Assembly (NCBI GenBank): GCA_964016885.1 | Contig: OZ024742.1 | Span: forward strand, 134,168,001 to 134,232,000 | Direction of reading: 5' to 3' | Length of the DNA: 64,000 nt | Source of the DNA: Eledone cirrhosa | Taxonomy: Eukaryota | Part shown: piece by piece, positions 56,556-64,000 of the stretch | How the letters are laid out: every line of letters begins with the position of its first letter | Numbering within the stretch: position 1 is the stretch's first letter | Made by a program: the position numbers and the translations under genes | The notes under the pieces: model-generated | What the model was told of the DNA's origin: nothing | What the model saw: only the letters and a program-made list of their open reading frames with translations | Database searches by the model: none

Positions 56556-56753
56556 AGCAAGTATCACACCATGAACAGTATAGTCTTCAGCAAGAAAGAG
56601 GAGTATGAATATGTTGTCCTTCACATAATTTTCTGTGCCTTTTCTAATAGTCTACATATGCTGACTGCAAAATATATTGTCCGATCATATGCAATACTTA
56701 ATTATTGTTTACATCTCTCTCTCTACGTCGCTCCCTTTCTCTCTCTCTCTCTG

Positions 56754-56858
<105 letters not shown>

Positions 56859-56938
56859 GTACATATATATATATATATATATATTTGAAAGACGTAAAAT
56901 AAGAAAATTTTAAAATTAACTTACTTACTAAAATTTTC

Positions 56939-57020
56939 ACTCCAACTAATTAGTTTCTGGAAGGGAATAAATATAGTTACGGAACGCAACTATAGAGAAG
57001 TCCTTACGTCATCAGGGAGT
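56939..57020 (-). ncRNA. Type I hammerhead ribozyme inside an element bounded by about 32-bp direct repeats (about 56886 and 57417)
   Basis: actcc-CTGATGA-cgtaagga..tatagttgcg-ttc-cgtaactata..cccttcca-GAAA-ctaatta-GTT-ggagt; stem III palindrome ACTAATTAGT. Confidence 0.72.
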
Positions 57021-57448
57021 CTATTCTCAGCTAAGTTCCCAGGCAATGCGCGGACACTAGGAACCCATATAAAAATAATAATTCAGTGGATGGAAAAAAG
57101 CTAGCGGGGACAAGATTCCAGGGTACTGAACAAATTCACTGCCTACTTGGTCAGTGGCAAATTCTAAAGAATCAATCACGTGACACTGAGGTTAATCAGT
57201 GATAGTGGAGTGAAATTTAGACAAGAGCCTAACTACTACCATGAACCATAGCAGTAAATTTCGGCAAGTTTTGCTCAACAAATAATTTGGAGATAAATAT
57301 AGAGAATTAGTATATCTACCAACATATGTATACAGATGTAAACCCATGCTAGCAAATATATATGTTATGTCTTAGTAACTTTGTGGTTCTATGCAGGGGG
57401 ATGCAGAACAATTATATGAAAGACGTAAAATAAGAACATTTTAAAATT

Positions 57449-57648
57449 ACAGACCCTCCATCTCAACTCTACTTTTGAAAAGCAGAAGAACTGCGAAACC
57501 GGTAAAGGAACCAAATAAATATATATATTTAAAAAAAAAATAAGACTCCAGTTGCATTTTCGATTTCATCTCTTTTCTTTATACTTTCACTCGTGTAGGA
57601 CACCTCGGTTATTTTTTCAATTTGTAAAAAAAACCTCACTTTCTAATA
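57449..57648 (+). mobile_element. Solo Nep-A terminus
   Basis: Reverse complement of about 4192-4390. Confidence 0.85.
57472..57507 (+). ncRNA. U3-A8 minimal hammerhead ribozyme (Nep-A)
   Basis: ctt-TTGAAAA-gcag-aagaa-ctgc-GAAA-ccg-GTA-aag. Confidence 0.78.
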
Positions 57649-58829
57649 TATATATATAATGCGATTGCCTGCATTATTAGATGTTGGGGTCTGTCTGTTT
57701 TTTTTGTCTATGTCTGTGTGTATGTGTGTGCATCGATATTTGTTATGCGTGTGTACGTGTGTGGCTCGTAAATCACTTGTAGCTAGTTTCATCTCTGAAG
57801 TAGTCATTGTTTCTTGTTAAAAATGTAACATATAAACATTATATTTTGTTCCCTCCTCGTATGTTAAGTGTCCTCTTGAACGTATGTTTCTTTATTATCA
57901 ACAGATTGTGCCATTGTTTATTGGTTAGGATAGAGAGTACCGTTCTTGTTTGTATTTTGTCGCAAATTGGAAAAGAAACGAACGAAATTGCAATAATTAT
58001 GATAGTTTCAATTAGATATGAATCTAGCATATTTAGTTGTGATGAACTATTTTTCACCCATGTTGATTCGATGTTCATGTACAGCTTCTAGACAGTGTTG
58101 TATATGTGACAATATTTGAACATATTCCGGCTGTCAGGAATAACATCTGCAGTTAATTCTCCCTATGTGTGGAGAGATAGTGTTTGAAATGTCACTTTGG
58201 CGGAAAATTCAAATTCGGGTTACCGTGAAATTTCGAAATTTAAAAAGCATTGAACTGGCAAAGGCAGAATGCATCTTATTGACTGTCAATTTTGATCAAT
58301 CAGCAGTGTGACTTACAGTATGAACATCCATAATGTACACAAATTTTCTGTATTTATGCATTGTTAGTGTGTATGCGTACGTCAATCTGTCATTATCACG
58401 ATGACTAAAATATAAACGTGATAATAATACATATGAACATACGTATATTATATACACTTGAGATATATGTGAGATTTTAGGAGAATCACATTTTAACAAT
58501 GGGGCATCAGTGTTTGTTTACTGCATACATACTGATCGTAAATGAAAATGTTTTCAAACCTACGTGAAATGTCTGTTACATATTTATTTCTCAAAAGAAA
58601 CTTAATGGTGAAAGGAGACGATCGCAAACAGTGAACAGCCTTAAAATGATTCGCATCTGCAGAGTGAACAACAAACACAGGTGTAGCTAACGTGGTTCAT
58701 TCGCTGACTATTCCCTACTGAAAACTTGGAAGAGAATGGCGACAACATGTACTATAATTAACATATATTTGCCGGAATACATGAAATCATTAGTAGGTTT
58801 CATCCGGGAATTGTGTGGTACTGGTAACA

Positions 58830-59202
58830 TGTATCAAAGGACAAACTTTGCGGTGTGGGTCGTCGGATACTAAATTGGCAACCCCACCAAGGTTGCTTGA
58901 TGAGTAGTGTGATTTTGGAAACCATGCTGGATGATAAGCAAAACCCGTCATATGACCAGCCAATAAAGTTTATTTTTTGCGTGGAGTAAGAGGTTCAAAG
59001 TCTTCATGAAAACATCTTTCTCGGAGAGGGTCACTCTGAAACAAAGCCTGTGAGATCGGCGCAGGTTTTACACGTGGCATTTTTGCGATCCATGCTATTG
59101 CTGGCCATAGGTAATTCACTAGCAGGACTAAAAAGCCACATCCGTGATGCTCATGCTTCAGTATTAAATGATGACATTACTCGAAAACGAGTTGCCAACA
59201 TT
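58830..59202 (+). mobile_element. RTE-derived non-autonomous element
   Basis: [13 protein letters not shown] and terminal ctcgaaaacgagttg shared with 7519-7960. Confidence 0.55.
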
Positions 59203-59219
59203 ATATATATATATATATA

Positions 59220-60835
59220 GAAGATACAGAAATAGAAACTACTTATGGTTTAATCCAATGTTTAACTCCTCTATTAAAACTAAGCTTCTTCTCAATTTCT
59301 TTAAATTAGTTGACAAACACTTACCTAAAATACATAAATATCATAACATCATTAATAGAAAAACTATCAAACTATCATACTCCACTGCTAACAACATAGA
59401 ATCGCACATTCTCAAAATTAACTACATAAGCATTCATAATCAAAGTAGCCCCCATACAAGTTCCATATCACCAAATACACAACACACACATATTACATCA
59501 TCGCAACAAAATACACGTTAAAGAAGACCACCACAATACACCAACCAACCTAATTCGCAGCCCATACAGAACAACCTACAAAATCATGTAGTAGAACCGG
59601 CGCATATGAAGGCATTTCTATGCAATTGTCACTTACCCGACAATTGCCCTCTACTAAACAAATGCCTTGAGAAAAAAACGTAGTATACTTGTGTCCAATC
59701 AACTCAGGTAGCTTGGTATGGTATTATATTGGTTCCACAGCTGATGTTTTCAAAAAACGGTGGTACGTGCACAGACATTCTATGATTAATAAGAACCAAT
59801 CAAATACAACAACTCTTGCCAATAATATATGGCAACTCAAAAATGCAGGCACTAAATACAAGATCAGCGGGAAAATACTGTCATCTGCTAAAGCCTATCA
59901 AACTGGTATGTCCCATTGTAGACTCTGTAATATGGAGCTCTTCCAATTTTTCTATTTTAGTAAAACCCTTCTTAACAGTAGTATTGAGCGAACTATATTT
60001 TGCCGGCATAAATCAGCAACGAAGTTCCTGAACTTTATTTCAACTTAACTCCATTTTCTTCTCCTTTTTCCTTTTTATATGTTTATACTTTTACCACTTA
60101 TTACGATATCAAATGATCACAAACATCATAATTACGTAGGAATAACCTAAAAAATTTGTATTAACAAAATTATTTTTATTTTTATTTTTATTTGTATTTA
60201 CATCATTTATTATCTTATATATATACATCTTTCACCATTTGTCTTTGTATATCTCCACTTCAACATATTTTGTCTGGATCATTTTATCTTATAATATAAT
60301 ATATCTCAAACTAGCTATTTTACATAGTAATGTATATTCGTCCATATGTTTATTTTATTTTCTCTCTTCATCATATCCTCATATTCATGATTAATTTATT
60401 TCCCCCTCTACTCCCTCATCCCCCTTAATCTTCCTCTATTTCTTTCTCATCTTCCTTATTTATCCTTCCTCTTTGCCTATGCTATATCCCCCCTTCTCTC
60501 CTTCTCTACAAATATCTTTATTATTATTAATATAAAATTTATTTTAATGATTGATTTCGTAACATTGCCGGTTATACATTTAACTATATCTTCGTTCCTT
60601 CTTTCATTCTTTCTCTCCCATTTCCATCTGTCTCCCTTCCTTTATTTTTTTATCATTAACAATATTATTGATGTAGTAATGTGAATTTTTAAGTTTACGG
60701 TTACGCATATATTTTATATTTCTTAATGATTTCTGATGAAATGATTAAACTTAAATTGAGTTAGACTGTCTCCAATATTTAGCAATTTATAGACAATTCT
60801 ATCAGGGAAAAATGTCAACCATGTTATTCTTAACT
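59220..60835 (+). mobile_element. Second Naiad-type PLE family (Nai-B), 5'-truncated, GIY-YIG half plus 3' region
   Basis: WFNP, KTIKLSYS, CNC..CPL..C, YYIGST..FKKRW..H, CRLC, CRHK. Confidence 0.85.
60726..60822 (+). ncRNA. Probable hammerhead ribozyme at the Nai-B 3' end
   Basis: atgattt-CTGATGA-aatgat...atcagg-GAAA-aat-GTC-aaccat; stems imperfect. Confidence 0.5.
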
Positions 60836-60857
60836 TTATATATATATATATATGTGT

Positions 60858-61362
<505 letters not shown>

Positions 61363-63541
61363 TGTGTGTGTTTGTGTGTGCGTGAATATATATATATATA
61401 TATATATGTATTAAGATATATACAAAAATATGTATGAGCGTAAGTAGTAAGGCGTAAGTACAAGGTTGTGTATGGGTATATACGTATAAACACAGTCTTG
61501 TGATACTAATGACTAAAATATAAAATAACAATATCAAGACACATACACAAACATAGTATGAGGGAATGAAAAATTATTAGATGAAGCGAAATGAAACTTG
61601 CAAGACAAATGAAATAATACATACAACGACGACCTGCATATTATATATTTATTGCTTCACTGATCTAAAGACAATTTGGCTCCAGTATAACTTTCAACAA
61701 TTCACAAATATCATCGACTGGATTGATAAAATTATAAGATACAACGCCTAGATTGATGTTCTCCGTTGCTCTATGTTCTAGATCAACGGCTTTAGATTTT
61801 TACCGATATATATTCATTTACGTCGAAGAGATAGGCACACATACACACAAAATACATGTATATATATATAGATATATACTCATACACAAACATGCGTATG
61901 GATAAGTATAAATATGTATGGGCTCAGAGATATATAGATACACACATACGTTTATATATATATATATGTATATAATTATATGTGTGCGGGGGGGGGGGGG
62001 GGGTATATGTATGTATTGAATGATAGAAGAACGTACAGCATTGCTTATAAACATGTATCAGTATAGGTTTCGATTATTATAGTGAGAAAATATTGCTAAT
62101 GAAAAAGTTTGTGTTTTGCATGAAAAGTTTCTCTGCATTGTATTTCTGATCTTCAGAAGACTAAAGTTCAAATGAGTTGAGAGAAACTACAAGACATAAA
62201 AAAAGATGAAATATTTGTAGGTATTGAACGTAAAATATTATACAAAAACAAAAGAAAAATGTATAGAGGAAAACAAAGAGATCTATTAATAAATATTGCT
62301 GTTCGTATTCCTGAGCTTTAACAAGAAATTATTATATTTATGCATAAACCACATGTGTTAATTTAAGATTGCCACCAGAATGAATCTATAAGTTATTTTG
62401 ACGCATTAAACTTTTCCACGCCTTGAGCAAAGAATTGCAACTTTATATATTTAGAGTTATATTCGTTGTAGTCGTACATATGTTTCTTTATCTTCTTACA
62501 TGTGTCTATCTTTCAATTTTGATGACGGACTAATATCCAAAGATTTGTGTCAATTTTCCATCTATATAAAGTGTAATTGTGTGTATGGGCCTATACGAAA
62601 CGAGACGAGAGATATTTCCAGAATTTGCATTTGGGAATCTAAGTAGTGGCATTTCACAATGTGAGTTGAAAAAAGTGTTAATGAGTGGTGGACATCATTA
62701 GTACAAACACAGTCACAAAACCACACACCTGCTCACACACGCACACAGATGACACGCCGAACCACGCGAGAAGCTATCCATACACGCACTAGGAAATATA
62801 GCCAAATTCATTTGACATGCATAGAAAGCAAATAGGGTGTAACATTATATGGATTCTAATACAAGAGTTTCTTATGATATTTGTATATATCTCATTATTG
62901 ATTTGTATTTTCTACTAAAAAAAAAAACATACATGTTTCTAGAAATCTTCCAAGTAAACAATGAAGTCCACGTATATGTTTTCATGATCAATTTAGGTTA
63001 TATGGGTATATCTCAAATAGAACACAGCCCTAAACTTTCAAAACCAAATAGCGTCCCTCTATATCAAAATGCGAAAGTCCTAGGGTTATGATGAAACATG
63101 AATTGCACTGAGCCGTCTCACATTTGAGACAGAACGGGGCCTGTTCCTCATCCACTTAGTTATATCCCCAACGAGTCTTTCATACATCGAATACTATCAA
63201 GAGAATCAGAATTTCCTTCACTTGATAAAGAGGTTCTAAACTCAAAATAGGAAATATAGGGTAAAGCATTATTCTTTCATGTCATCGTTTTTACTAAATG
63301 CTAGTCATGTTACTCTATTATATTTCCGATGCACATTGTAAAGCCTTTCGCAATAGATTCATAATTATATATCTCACAATACGTTATATAAATTATATAA
63401 ATACACATTCAGCTGATTATTGTCTACTTTAGAAAATGATTTACTGCAAATAAATCTTCGATCAAATGGATCACTGAAACAATCGCCAGCTGAATGTTAC
63501 ATATCACATATTGCAACGCTTTATATTGCAAATTGGGTTGG

Positions 63542-63577
<36 letters not shown>

Positions 63578-64000
63578 TATAGTATAAGCAACATTTCATA
63601 CATTTTACATATATAATACTACCATTGCTCTTGGGGTCAAGTTATATCCATCACTGTACATTGGAGTAAGCAATTTTAAAATGGCCCTTTATTTCTGCAC
63701 GTACACAAGCATGGGAAATATGACGAATTATTCCTCTAAGTCATGGAAATTCAAGTCGGGGAGATATTTGAAACAGAGTAAGTAAATCTGCCTCGAAATC
63801 TGTCTGTAGTTTAAAATCTCAACATTCTATGTTGTTTTCTTTTTGTGTTTTGTCTACTAGAGAGGCTATGAGAGTCGACTCTTGAAATTATCAGTTACTT
63901 TGTAAATAGCAAAAATGATTAAAGTAGTTATAATTAATTGTGTCTACATACAAATACAGAAACACGCCCACATATGTATACATTTGCGCCCATCCATACG

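Overview
AT-rich, microsatellite-dense animal DNA with no recognisable host gene. The SINE/RTE repertoire and (TA)n/(CA)n/(TC)n density suggest an octopus-like cephalopod (inference). Almost all of it is transposon-derived: Penelope-like elements (PLEs) of a Naiad-type family (3 copies plus fragments), a second Naiad-type family and two Neptune-type families; a decayed Helitron; a CR1-group LINE; RTE-derived elements; and tRNA-derived SINEs. Most long ORF-track entries (YIYIY, ERERE, HTHT) are microsatellite artefacts. The main result from reading the raw sequence is about a dozen distinct hammerhead ribozyme (HHR) families (over 20 motif copies) in PLE termini and in ORF-less fold-back elements inserted into (TA)n. 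Two different PLE families carry a non-canonical UUGANAA core (U3-A8 instead of C3-G8). One intact HHR has a near-copy of its own cleavage strand in loop II. All folds were done by eye; none is computationally or experimentally confirmed.
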